The notes under the pieces are model-generated. The model did no database searches and was not told the origin of the DNA. It worked only from the letters and a program-made list of their open reading frames with translations. A program made the position numbers and the translations under genes. From the IMG/VR virus record IMGVR_UViG_3300049479_000313, positions 1-55,629 of that record: a stretch of DNA of 55,629 nt; one strand, 5' to 3'. Numbering within the stretch: position 1 is the first letter of the stretch; each line of letters begins with the position of its first letter. Of this stretch, positions 1-8,884 are shown piece after piece. The DNA comes from a virus (taxonomy: Duplodnaviria; Caudoviricetes).

Positions 1-400
1 GCCCCCAGTGCAGTGAGTCGGCCCCCAGTTAGCGGCACGCGCCCCACCCCGGGCCACGGCACCTAACGCAAGGCCAGCACCGCGACCCACTTGGCAGCAG
101 GCCCCTACAACCGCAGCCCAACGCCCCAAACGTTACCGGAGGGTAACGGCGCCGAGTGAGCGGCGCGGCGGGTTGAGTAAGGGCCCAAGGCTGGCACCGG
201 CCAAGCGGGATGTGGGATACAGGTTCCGAGTAGCGTGGGGCATAAGGCCGACCCCTAGGAACCCCCGACCAACGTACGTTAGGCGACACGCCGACCCGTA
301 GGCCACGGGGCGGGTGTCGAAACGCTAACGGACCCCGGCTCGCCGACAGACGGCCAAAGTGCACGACACTACGGTGACACGAGACGGGAAATGCAGAGGC

Positions 401-430
401 CGAGCGACGCCTAACGTTAGGCGTCGCTCG
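401..430. repeat. Perfect 30-bp palindrome CGAGCGACGCCTAAC|GTTAGGCGTCGCTCG
   Basis: Read directly; the left 15 nt are the exact reverse complement of the right 15 nt; lies upstream of the first early gene. Confidence 0.97.
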
Positions 431-470
431 TAATGCGCAAGCCCGGTGCCAAGCCCGGGCTCACTCATTC

Positions 471-901
471 ACGACGGAGACACCCCCATGACGAAGCTCA
501 CGAAGGGCACCGAGGTCTACTACTTTGTAGACTGGGACGAGAAAGGCACCTGCGCCGTTCGGCGCTGTGTGGTCGGCTCCTGGGGCAAGGAGCAGGGCTT
601 CCTCTACGAGGCCCGCCCCGACGGTCAGCCCTTGCGGCATCGCATCTATACGCAGCGGGAAAGCATGACCCGGCGCATTCTGCCGGTGGCGGATGTGCCC
701 GACGTCAACGCGACCGCCCTCCGCTTCGGTGCGGAGTTCCGGGCGCACTGGCAGGCCCACTGCGAACTGCGCATCCAGCAATGGGGCGCCACCGACGCAG
801 GCTTCCGGCAAGTCATGCTGGACAACATCGCGGCACTCCACGAGCCCCGGGTCCTGTTCCCGTGGGAACGCTGAAACCCCCAACGACGGAGACACCCCAT
901 G
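471..901 (+). promoter_or_regulatory. Repeated translation-initiation/leader element ACGACGGAGACACCCC(C)ATG before the first two early genes
   Basis: Copies at 471-490 and 883-901, each containing GGAG and ending in the start ATG. Confidence 0.75.
488..874 (+). CDS. Early hypothetical protein
   Basis: ATG at 488 after GGAG; in frame with the 446..874 ORF; codon usage fits the genome. Confidence 0.75.
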   Translation: MTKLTKGTEVYYFVDWDEKGTCAVRRCVVGSWGKEQGFLYEARPDGQPLRHRIYTQRESMTRRILPVADVPDVNATALRFGAEFRAHWQAHCELRIQQWGATDAGFRQVMLDNIAALHEPRVLFPWER

Positions 902-1192
902 AAACCGAATCGCCTCGACCAGATGAGCTGGGCCACCGACGACATCCACGGAGACGAACCATCAGGTGCCCTTCAGGCAATCGACAAGTTCTTCGGGAAG
1001 CGCGTCCTGTCGTGGACCGACGCCGAAGTCTCGGGCGACCCCGTCCGCTACCGCGTCTTCCAGGAGGACATCGAGTCTCGCCAGCTCAAGATCTTCGACA
1101 GCGGCCCCCGAGGCTCTGTCGTCTTTGTGACGAGTAGCTACGCCTTGCTGCGCGACCGCAGCAGCAACTACACCATGCTCTTCAAGAAATGA
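899..1192 (+). CDS. Early hypothetical protein
   Basis: Same leader/RBS as the previous gene; ATGA overlap with the next gene. Confidence 0.7.
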   Translation: MKPNRLDQMSWATDDIHGDEPSGALQAIDKFFGKRVLSWTDAEVSGDPVRYRVFQEDIESRQLKIFDSGPRGSVVFVTSSYALLRDRSSNYTMLFKK

Positions 1193-1380
1193 CCAACTCC
1201 ATCCATGACGACCGCATCGCCGCCTTTGTGCGGGGCGATGTGATGACGTTCTACGCCGTAGTGGGCCACGAGTACGTGGAGAACGACGATCTCCAGGAGC
1301 TCCGGGCCCGCTTGCGCGCCGAGTACACCAGCCCCACCACTCTCTCTTCCATGCTCGGAGGTCTGACGCTCCATGCCTAA
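1189..1380 (+). CDS. Early hypothetical protein
   Basis: Translational coupling (ATGA) with the upstream gene. Confidence 0.55.
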   Translation: MTNSIHDDRIAAFVRGDVMTFYAVVGHEYVENDDLQELRARLRAEYTSPTTLSSMLGGLTLHA

Positions 1381-1825
1381 CATGATCGGCGGATACTTGG
1401 CCCCTTCGGGGCGAGACTGCGACTGCGGCGCAGGCACAGTGCTTCGCGTCTTGCGCACCGCCCGGGTGCGCTTGCCCCGGGCCGAGGCCCGCACCCGGGG
1501 CTACTATACGGACCACGAAGGGCACGACACGTTGGTGCCCTGCCTCGCGCTCCTGCCCCACGGCCGATTCCTGGCCGGGTACACGATGGGCGAGGGCATG
1601 ATCACCAACTTCGAAGAAGAGATCTACACAGACGAGCGTGAAGCGTGGCTGGCCGCGCATCAGATGGCGTCCCAGCATGCCGAGACCGAGCGGGAGCTCG
1701 CGGACGTGCTCAACGACGACGAGATCTGCGACGTGTTAGGCTATCCGCCCGGCACCCCGCTGACCCCGGACGACCGGCTCGCATTCGACCTGCTTGAGCA
1801 ACGTGCGCTGGGAGGTGGGGTATGA
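1373..1825 (+). CDS. Early hypothetical protein
   Basis: Tiled operon with overlapping starts and stops. Confidence 0.65.
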   Translation: MPNMIGGYLAPSGRDCDCGAGTVLRVLRTARVRLPRAEARTRGYYTDHEGHDTLVPCLALLPHGRFLAGYTMGEGMITNFEEEIYTDEREAWLAAHQMASQHAETERELADVLNDDEICDVLGYPPGTPLTPDDRLAFDLLEQRALGGGV

Positions 1826-2124
1826 CCCGCAACGAATCTCGCGTCCGGGCCTTCGCCAATCAGCACGGCCACACGATCGACACCTCAAGCGGCGAAGTGC
1901 TCATCATGGCGCCGCCGGGCCAGTGCTACCCATGGGACTGCCACGAGCGGGTGTTCAGCCCGTTTGACGACGAGACGATGGCCGACCTGTGGCGCAGCGC
2001 CGCCGAGGCCGTGCTGTCCGGCGCGCTGGACCCCAAGCCCTGCACCGCCGACACCTGCCCGGGCTGGGAAGATGGGAAGTGCCAGTGGTGGGACGACACC
2101 CCAACGACGACTACGGAGAACTAA
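1822..2124 (+). CDS. Early hypothetical Cys/Trp-rich protein
   Basis: GGAGG RBS, ATGA overlap. Confidence 0.7.
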   Translation: MTRNESRVRAFANQHGHTIDTSSGEVLIMAPPGQCYPWDCHERVFSPFDDETMADLWRSAAEAVLSGALDPKPCTADTCPGWEDGKCQWWDDTPTTTTEN

Positions 2125-2128
2125 CGTT

Positions 2129-2383
2129 ATGAAGAAGACCCTGCAGGGCCCCGGCATCCGCATCGAGCTGGACACCGACGAGGTCATCCCCGACGACCCG
2201 GGCGCCGGAACCCCGGCGATGGTGTACGTGACGGGCCCCGTCGCCGGTCAGGCGACCTACTGGTGCGCGCTGGACACGGGCGAGATCGACACCGGGCGCC
2301 ACGGCTACCGGGACCTCACCCCGGCGCAAAGCGCATGGCTGGAGCGGCAGCTGGACGCCGTGAACGATTTCCTTGGTGGCTAG
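2129..2383 (+). CDS. Early hypothetical protein (MKKTLQGPG...)
   Basis: ATG at 2129 after GGAG; in frame with the 1964..2383 ORF. Confidence 0.7.
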   Translation: MKKTLQGPGIRIELDTDEVIPDDPGAGTPAMVYVTGPVAGQATYWCALDTGEIDTGRHGYRDLTPAQSAWLERQLDAVNDFLGG

Positions 2384-2406
2384 CCGCCACGCCACGGATT
2401 TATTGA

Positions 2407-2462
2407 GGGCCCGGTAAGGGTAGGGGCTACCTTATCGGGCCCGGACGCCCCTGCGGGGCGTT
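2407..2462 (+). terminator. Two tandem intergenic hairpins (terminator/attenuator candidate)
   Basis: Imperfect stem GGGCCCGGTAAGGGTAG...CTACCTTATCGGGCCC, then ACGCCCC-TGC-GGGGCGT; no strong U-tract. Confidence 0.45.
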
Positions 2463-2514
2463 CAGGAGTTTACTGAGCCCCCACTCAAATACACCCTCAC
2501 GGAGGAATGACCCC

Positions 2515-3180
2515 ATGCGTCGCAAGCCCACAGCTCCCAAGAAGAACGATCTCGTCATTGTCACGGAAGGACGCCACATCGGCCGGGAAGGTCACGTCCG
2601 GACGCAGAAGCTCGTCCCCACGGACAAGCCCGACATCAAGCAGGTGGTGCTGGTCCTCTGGTGCGAACCCACGCTGATCACGGTGCCACGCTCGCACGCC
2701 GCCCGCATCGAGGATCTTCCGATCGCCACGCTGGACCGCCTCCGGGCGGAGCGCGCAGCGGTCCTGGCCAAGGAGGCCGATGAGCTCGCCAACGCGGAAG
2801 CAGCCCGCAAGGCTCGCCTCCGTGCCGAGTATGTGGCGCGTCGTGTCGCCACCAGCGGGGGTTACACGACGCGCTGCCAGACCGATCGCGAGGCCGAGAC
2901 GGGCTACTTCCGGCAGATCTACGACCCGTTCAGCACGGGTCCAGAGCTTCGCGAGCGCATCCGCGTCACGGCACGGTGTGAGTCGTGGTCGGGGATGCCG
3001 GAAGTGACCGTCAACTGGAGCGCGCTTGGCAGCGCGTCGCCGGACGAAGCGCTGGCCTTCGCCCTTGCCCTGAAGCAGGCGGCCGAGCACGCGCTGGACG
3101 CCCGGGCGTCGCTGGAGATCGAGCACGCGCTGGACGCCGACATCGAGACGGCATTTCGAGGGACGCTCGATGGCCACTAA
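2515..3180 (+). CDS. Hypothetical protein with an N-terminal KOW-like motif and a coiled coil
   Basis: KKNDLVIVTEGRHIGREGHV resembles the KOW pattern; GGAGG RBS. Confidence 0.65.
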   Translation: MRRKPTAPKKNDLVIVTEGRHIGREGHVRTQKLVPTDKPDIKQVVLVLWCEPTLITVPRSHAARIEDLPIATLDRLRAERAAVLAKEADELANAEAARKARLRAEYVARRVATSGGYTTRCQTDREAETGYFRQIYDPFSTGPELRERIRVTARCESWSGMPEVTVNWSALGSASPDEALAFALALKQAAEHALDARASLEIEHALDADIETAFRGTLDGH

Positions 3181-3367
3181 GCTGCTGAAGCCGGTCGTGC
3201 GTGAGGAGCCCCGCAACGGCTACATCGTCATCCTGGCCCCGGAAGGCCTGTACCTGCGCGAGAAGGGCCGTCGCACGATGTACGGCCCACTCGCCTATGC
3301 CCGCCTGTACCTGCAGGCGGTGCGCGCCGAGATCGACCTGAAGAAGCAACGGAGGAACTCCCGATGA
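3170..3367 (+). CDS. Small basic hypothetical protein
   Basis: Overlaps both flanking genes. Confidence 0.6.
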   Translation: MATKLLKPVVREEPRNGYIVILAPEGLYLREKGRRTMYGPLAYARLYLQAVRAEIDLKKQRRNSR

Positions 3368-4848
3368 CAACCCACTTCATCCCCAGTGCCCAGCAGCAGG
3401 CGCTCTTCGACTGGATCACGCACGGCACGGGCAACGCCCGGGTGGACGCCCGGGCGGGCACCGGCAAGACCACCACGCTGGTGCAGGCCGCGCACCTCAT
3501 GGGCGGCACGGTGGCGTTTGTGGCCTTCAACAAGGCTATCGCCGACGAGATCCGCACACGGGTCGCCGGTCGGGCCAAGGTCGACGCGGCCACGTTTCAC
3601 GCGTTAGGCTATCGCGCATGGCGCAAGATGGCCCCGGGCGCCGTAGTGGACGGCAACAAGATGCCCGATCTAGCCGCCGGGCTGGGGTACGACCCCATCA
3701 CGGCCCAGTTCACGTTGAAGCTGGTGTCCTTTGCCAAGCAACACGCCATCGGCTTCCTGTGCCCGCTGGAGGACCGGAGCGCATGGTACCGGCTGGTGCA
3801 GCATCATGATCTGGAAGACCTCCTGCCGGAGCATCAGCAGTACGATGTAGACGAGCTGGTCACGAAGGCCATCAACCTGTTGCGCCTGAGCGTCGCTACC
3901 GACCAGACGCGCATCGACTTCGACGACCAGCTGTATGCCCCGCTCATCCACAATGCCCGCATGTGGCAGTACGATTGGGTCTTGATCGACGAGGCCCAGG
4001 ACACCAACCCGGCGCGGCGCGCACTGGCCAAGAAGATCCTCCGCCCGGGTGGGCGCTTGGTGGCTGTGGGCGACCCGTATCAGGGCATCTACGGGTTCAC
4101 CGGCGCGGACAGCGACGCGCTGGAGCTGATCGAGCGGCAGTTCAACACTCAGCGTTTCCCGCTGACGCGCACATATCGGTGCGCCAAGGCGGTGGTCCGA
4201 CTGGCGCAGACATGGGTGCCGGACTTTGAGCCGGGCCCCGACAACCCGGAGGGTACGGTGGACGAGTTGCCGTACGAGAAGCTCATTCCCGCGTTAGGTG
4301 CGCAGGACGCGGTGCTGTGCCGCACGATGAAGCCCTTGGTGGCGCTGGCCTATCAGGCTATTCGCGCCGGGGTGGGGTGCTACGTGGAGGGGCGGGACAT
4401 CGGGCGAGGGCTGAAGGCGCTGGTCGGCAAGTGGAAGGTGCGCACGGTGCCTGCGCTGGAGAAGCGGCTGGTGGCCTACCTCGAGCGGGAAACGGCGCGC
4501 TTCATGGCCAAGGGCGAGGAGCTCAAGGCCGCTGCCTTGGCGGACAAGGTGGAGACCCTGCTGGTCGTCATGGAGGGGCGGGCCACGGTGAACGAGGTGC
4601 TCACGGCACTGGACCAGTTGTTCGCCGACACGACCGGGCCGCAGCATCGTCCGGTGCTGTGCACCATCCACCGCAGCAAGGGCCGTGAGTGGGGTCGCGT
4701 ATGGTGGCTGGGCAAGGAGCAACTCCAGCCCAGCAAGTACGCACGGCAGGAATGGCAACTGACGCAGGAGCAGAACCTGATGTACGTGGCGGCCACTCGG
4801 GCCAAGACCACGCTGACCCTTGTCCCTCTTCCGGTGAAGACCTCATGA
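3364..4848 (+). CDS. UvrD/Rep-like superfamily 1 helicase
   Basis: ARAGTGKT Walker A, IDEAQD Walker B, VGDPYQGIYGF, TYRC, TIHRSKGRE, YVAATRA. Confidence 0.95.
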   Translation: MTTHFIPSAQQQALFDWITHGTGNARVDARAGTGKTTTLVQAAHLMGGTVAFVAFNKAIADEIRTRVAGRAKVDAATFHALGYRAWRKMAPGAVVDGNKMPDLAAGLGYDPITAQFTLKLVSFAKQHAIGFLCPLEDRSAWYRLVQHHDLEDLLPEHQQYDVDELVTKAINLLRLSVATDQTRIDFDDQLYAPLIHNARMWQYDWVLIDEAQDTNPARRALAKKILRPGGRLVAVGDPYQGIYGFTGADSDALELIERQFNTQRFPLTRTYRCAKAVVRLAQTWVPDFEPGPDNPEGTVDELPYEKLIPALGAQDAVLCRTMKPLVALAYQAIRAGVGCYVEGRDIGRGLKALVGKWKVRTVPALEKRLVAYLERETARFMAKGEELKAAALADKVETLLVVMEGRATVNEVLTALDQLFADTTGPQHRPVLCTIHRSKGREWGRVWWLGKEQLQPSKYARQEWQLTQEQNLMYVAATRAKTTLTLVPLPVKTS

Positions 4849-5024
4849 CTCGTTACTTGCTCATCGCGTTAGGTGCGGCGCTCCTCGCCGCCCTCATGCA
4901 TCTGGCGTTGTGGGTGGTGGAGTGGTGTCAGTGGCGTTGGCGGGCCCGGCAAGTGCAGCGCGACGTGCTGGAAGCCATGGAGCGGGCCATGCGCACCGAG
5001 GAGACGTTCCGTGGCCCCCAATAA
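4845..5024 (+). CDS. Small membrane protein
   Basis: ATG at 4845 overlapping the helicase stop; hydrophobic N-terminal helix. Confidence 0.55.
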   Translation: MTRYLLIALGAALLAALMHLALWVVEWCQWRWRARQVQRDVLEAMERAMRTEETFRGPQ

Positions 5025-5120
5025 ACGCGCCCGGGCGTACATACGCGCGCCGAAGATCGGGATCGTCGTCCGCGTGGGAGCTTCGCCCGCGTGGGGAGGG
5101 CGCCCGCGCCGCGCGTTTAT
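5021..5120. repeat. Inverted-repeat element, copy 1 (partner at about 22012-22095); has its own 10-bp terminal inverted repeats ATAAACGCGC/GCGCGTTTAT
   Basis: 5081-5098 is the exact reverse complement of 22017-22034; 5021-5056 is a near reverse complement of 22058-22095. Confidence 0.9.
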
Positions 5121-5123
5121 ATC

Positions 5124-5339
5124 ATGACCGACGCCGATCGGGCCCTGATTGTGGGACGCTTCGCGCTGGCTGGGTACGATGTGCGCGTGGCCAAGGACGG
5201 GGCCATTGTGGTCTATGCCCCGCGTCAGAAATTGCCGGCGATCCGCCGGGCCCTTTATCCGGAGGGCCGGGGCGCGCATATTACCCGCCCGGCCCGTGGC
5301 TGGTTTGTGGTGCATGTACCCGAGACGCTCACACGATGA
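5124..5339 (+). CDS. Hypothetical protein
   Basis: ATG directly after the repeat element; ATGA coupling to the next gene. Confidence 0.55.
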   Translation: MTDADRALIVGRFALAGYDVRVAKDGAIVVYAPRQKLPAIRRALYPEGRGAHITRPARGWFVVHVPETLTR

Positions 5340-5728
5340 CTCCTCCGCGCGTATTCCTGATTTCCGAGCCCAGTGTCAAGAAGGCCAAGGCGGCTGGCGG
5401 TAGTTTGCCCAACATCACGCCGCTCTACGAGCATGGGGCCATTGTGATGCTGCTCAGCAGCGCCGACCCGCGCCCCATCAGCAACCCCACCCTCGCCCTT
5501 CAGCTGATTGAGGACCGGCTGGAGGCGTTCAACCCGGACCATGACTTCTTGGCGTGGGCCGGAGGCGACACCATTGCGGCCATGCTGGCCGGAGTGGCGC
5601 TGGAGCGTCGCGGCATTGACGCCGTGACATGGCTCCGGTACGATCGTGGCATTGCCCCGGACGGCAGCCGCACCGACGAGGGCGCGCGCTACACCCCGCT
5701 CCGGGTCACACTCTACAACGACGACTGA
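5336..5728 (+). CDS. Hypothetical protein (MTPPRVFLISEP...)
   Basis: ATG at 5336 in the 4910..5728 frame; globular-looking sequence. Confidence 0.75.
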   Translation: MTPPRVFLISEPSVKKAKAAGGSLPNITPLYEHGAIVMLLSSADPRPISNPTLALQLIEDRLEAFNPDHDFLAWAGGDTIAAMLAGVALERRGIDAVTWLRYDRGIAPDGSRTDEGARYTPLRVTLYNDD

Positions 5729-5735
5729 GACGACG

Positions 5736-6287
5736 ATGTCCATCACGCGAGAACCGGTCCGCCTTGCGCAACGTGCGCGGGAGCTGCGGGCCCAGATGGA
5801 GGCGCTGGAACTGCAGGCCAAGGCGTTAGGCGAGCAGGCCCGGCAGCTGGAAGAAAGCGAAATCCCCGATGCCATGGACGAAGCGGGCATCACGAGCCTC
5901 ACGTTGGACGATGGCACCGTGCTGTCGGTGAAGCCCGTGGTGGCCGCCAGTATTCCGGCCAAGTACCGGCCCGACGCCTTGCGGTGGCTGACGGACCACG
6001 GCCACGCAGGGCTGATCAAGACCGAGGTGTCCATCACGGTGCCGCGTAAGGATCGTGGGCTCGTGCCCGCGCTGTTGGAGCAGCTGCGCCCGTTAGGCTA
6101 CAGCGTGGAAGCCACGGAGGGCGTCCACGCCCAGACGCTGGCCGCATGGGTGCGGGAGTATCTGGAGCAGGACGCCGAGCGGACGCAGTCGGGCCAGGAA
6201 GCCTTGCCCAACTTGCCCATGGAGTGGCTGGGCGTGTTCATCGGGCGCCGGGCCACGTTCAAGGCCCCCAAGAAGGAGGCCGTATGA
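5736..6287 (+). CDS. Replication-module hypothetical protein
   Basis: Coiled coil followed by IPDAMDEAG...ASIP...WL...VHAQTLAAWVRE, a pattern I associate with genes upstream of SSB in PolA-encoding phages. Confidence 0.75.
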   Translation: MSITREPVRLAQRARELRAQMEALELQAKALGEQARQLEESEIPDAMDEAGITSLTLDDGTVLSVKPVVAASIPAKYRPDALRWLTDHGHAGLIKTEVSITVPRKDRGLVPALLEQLRPLGYSVEATEGVHAQTLAAWVREYLEQDAERTQSGQEALPNLPMEWLGVFIGRRATFKAPKKEAV

Positions 6288-6613
6288 CCGACGCCGTCCC
6301 GGAGGGCATGGAACAGCGGGCGTTGTTCCTCCGCCTGATTAACGAGGCCCTTGGGCCGCATCTCCCAGCGCCCGTGGCCGCGCTGTTGCGCACGGTCCAG
6401 ACGGGTGAGCTGCCGACCGCGCCTCCGGTCCCAGACGTGCCATGGGACTTGGCCACGTGGGCAGCGGAGCTGCCCTGCGAGCAAGCTCATGCACTGACGA
6501 CGGACTTGGGTGCCGTGGGCGACTTGTTTACCAACGTGGCGGGCGTCGTAGGCCTGCTGCACCTTCGCGCGCATCGAGGGATCACCCCGCCGAAGAACGG
6601 CCTCGTGTCCTGA
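6284..6613 (+). CDS. Hypothetical protein
   Basis: AAGGAGG RBS, ATGA overlap. Confidence 0.6.
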   Translation: MTDAVPEGMEQRALFLRLINEALGPHLPAPVAALLRTVQTGELPTAPPVPDVPWDLATWAAELPCEQAHALTTDLGAVGDLFTNVAGVVGLLHLRAHRGITPPKNGLVS

Positions 6614-6685
6614 CGCTTCCGGGGCCCGGGCGCCCCCGGACCAATTCGCGCCCGACATCCCACATTCACAGGAGAGTTACCCCGT

Positions 6686-7507
6686 ATGGCAAAGACCAAC
6701 CTTCCCGCCACGGCAGCGGCGCCGTCCGCTGCCCCGAGTACGGACGTCATGTCCGACGAGGATCGACGCCGTATGCTGGCCGACGCCGCGAGCGACGGCA
6801 TGGCCTTCGAGAAGGAGGATCTTGCGGTCCCGTTCCTGCGCATCGCACAGGACCTGACGCCGCAGACCAAGAAGCACGAGCCCTCGTACATCGCCGGGTT
6901 GGAACCGGGCGATCTGTACCACACCGTGACCGGCGAGATGTGGAAGAACCCGGTGGGCGCTGTGGTGGTGCCGGTGGCGTTCACGCGCAGCTTCACCGAG
7001 TGGTGGCCCCGGAACAGCAAGCAGGGCAAGGGCTTCGTCAAGGACTGGGGCGTGGACGGCAGCGAGCTGGAGCGCTGCACCCGGGACGACAAGAACCGCG
7101 ACATCACCGAGCGCGGCACCCAGATCACCCGGGCGGCCCTGTACTTCGTGCTCGTGGTCAATCCGGAGACGGGCGAGTACCAGCAGGCAGCGCTGTCGCT
7201 GTCGGGCACGCAGCTCAAGCACGCCAAGAAGTGGAACGCGCTCATCAGTCAGTACAAGATGCGCGGCATTCCGGGGTTCGGGAAGTGCTACCGGCTGACC
7301 ACCGTCATCGAGAGCAACGATCAGGGCAGTTGGTCGGCGCTGCACGTGGAGGCGCACATCAACACGCTGCAGCTGCCGAACGGCGCCGAGATCTACGAGG
7401 CGGCCAAGGCGTACGCGGGCCTTGTGGCAACGGGCGCGGTGCAGGTCAAGCACGAGGACCAGGAGCCCACCGGAGCCGAGGGCGATGGAGCCAAAGTCCC
7501 CTTCTGA
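6686..7507 (+). CDS. Putative single-stranded DNA-binding protein
   Basis: Acidic flexible C-terminal tail ending in VPF; position in the replication module; AGGAG RBS. Confidence 0.65.
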   Translation: MAKTNLPATAAAPSAAPSTDVMSDEDRRRMLADAASDGMAFEKEDLAVPFLRIAQDLTPQTKKHEPSYIAGLEPGDLYHTVTGEMWKNPVGAVVVPVAFTRSFTEWWPRNSKQGKGFVKDWGVDGSELERCTRDDKNRDITERGTQITRAALYFVLVVNPETGEYQQAALSLSGTQLKHAKKWNALISQYKMRGIPGFGKCYRLTTVIESNDQGSWSALHVEAHINTLQLPNGAEIYEAAKAYAGLVATGAVQVKHEDQEPTGAEGDGAKVPF

Positions 7508-7706
7508 GTTCGCCGCTGCGCGGGCGGAACTGCAGACGTGGGTGAAGACGCATGTGGTGGCTGACCAGCACGCAGAGGTCAGCCGCCTCATCGCGGCCTA
7601 CGTGGCCGCAGCGGTGCGACGGAAGGTGCAGGAACTGGCCGTGATTCGGTCCGTCGCCGAGCTCCAGCAACGGGTAAAGGACATTCTCTCTCGCACACGA
7701 CGATGA
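7485..7706 (+). CDS. Small helical hypothetical protein
   Basis: Fills the gap and couples to the next gene. Confidence 0.45.
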   Translation: MEPKSPSEFAAARAELQTWVKTHVVADQHAEVSRLIAAYVAAAVRRKVQELAVIRSVAELQQRVKDILSRTRR

Positions 7707-8884
7707 CCACGACGACGCAGGACCCGACGACGACGGTGCGCCTGACCCGCGCGCAGGAGCAAGCTGTGCAAGCCGTGCAGGCGTGGCGCCACCGGGCCGA
7801 TGACCCCTTGTTCTGGATGACGGGGTACGCGGGCACGGGCAAGAGCACGGTAGCCCGCTACGCGGCGGAAGGCGGCATCGTGGCCTTCCTCGCGCCGACG
7901 GGCAAGGCCGCCGCCGTGCTCCGGCGCAAGGGGGCCGACGGGGCCAGCACCATTCATCGGGTGCTGTACACCCCAAAGCAGCGCAGCAGCACCGCGTTGC
8001 AGCAGCTGACCAACATGCTCCAGCGTGCGGCGGGCCCCCTGGAACGGGCGGAGATCCAACGCAAGCTGGCCGACGAGATGGAGCGGCTGAAGCAGCCGCA
8101 CTGGGAGTATAACGAAGCCACATGGCTGCGCAGCGCGGACCTCGTGGTGGTGGACGAGGCCAGCATGGTCAGCGAGAAGGTGCTGCTCGATCTGCTGCGC
8201 ACTGTGCCCAAGGTGCTGTGCCTCGGAGACCCGGCGCAGTTGCCGCCCGTCATGGCGAAGTCGCCCTTGCTGGACCGGCGCCCGGACTTCCACTTGGAAG
8301 AGATCCACCGCCACTCGCTGGACAGCGCCGTCTTGCGCGCCGCCACCTATGTGCGACAGCATGGGCGCCTGCCGGGGCGCAGCGACGGGGACGACTATCG
8401 GGAAGTCCCGTTAGGCGAGGCCAACTGGGACGTGTTCCGCACGCCGGATCAGGTGCTGGTGTCGACGAACGAGGCCCGGCGCAACGTCAACACCCGGTTC
8501 CGAGCCCGGCTGGGCCTGACCGAGACCCTGTGCCCGGGCGATCGTATTGTGGTGCTCCGCAACAGCTACAACGAAGGACTCTACAACGGCACCACGGCGC
8601 GCGTGGTGGCTTGCACGGAGGACAGCATGTTCCCGAACACGTACTACACGGACGTGCTGTCGGACGAGGGCCCGGCCGAGAACATCAGTCTCCAGCTGCA
8701 AGAGGATCCTGCGAAGATGCACCGCGAGTCCGTGCCCGCCACCTATGGCTACGCGCTGACGGTGCACAAGGCACAGGGCAGTGAGTGGGATCATGTGCTG
8801 GTGTGGGTGCAGGGCAAGGTGAGCCCCGCGTGGCTGTACACGGCCCTTACCCGGGCGTCACAGCGGCTCACGATCGTCCGATGA
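7703..8884 (+). CDS. RecD/Dda-like superfamily 1B helicase
   Basis: GYAGTGKS, APTGKAA, VVDEASM, GDPAQLPPV, YALTVHKAQGSEW, YTALTRA. Confidence 0.95.
   Translation: MTTTTQDPTTTVRLTRAQEQAVQAVQAWRHRADDPLFWMTGYAGTGKSTVARYAAEGGIVAFLAPTGKAAAVLRRKGADGASTIHRVLYTPKQRSSTALQQLTNMLQRAAGPLERAEIQRKLADEMERLKQPHWEYNEATWLRSADLVVVDEASMVSEKVLLDLLRTVPKVLCLGDPAQLPPVMAKSPLLDRRPDFHLEEIHRHSLDSAVLRAATYVRQHGRLPGRSDGDDYREVPLGEANWDVFRTPDQVLVSTNEARRNVNTRFRARLGLTETLCPGDRIVVLRNSYNEGLYNGTTARVVACTEDSMFPNTYYTDVLSDEGPAENISLQLQEDPAKMHRESVPATYGYALTVHKAQGSEWDHVLVWVQGKVSPAWLYTALTRASQRLTIVR

Noticed and set aside
1-400. ORF 29..364 (-) or a tRNA/ncRNA in the left end
   Set aside because: The ORF is low-complexity, opposite to all other genes and has no RBS; no cloverleaf or known RNA motif recognised
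401-430. Palindrome as a protelomerase (telRL-like) site of a linear plasmid prophage
   Set aside because: No protelomerase, tyrosine recombinase or partition genes recognised
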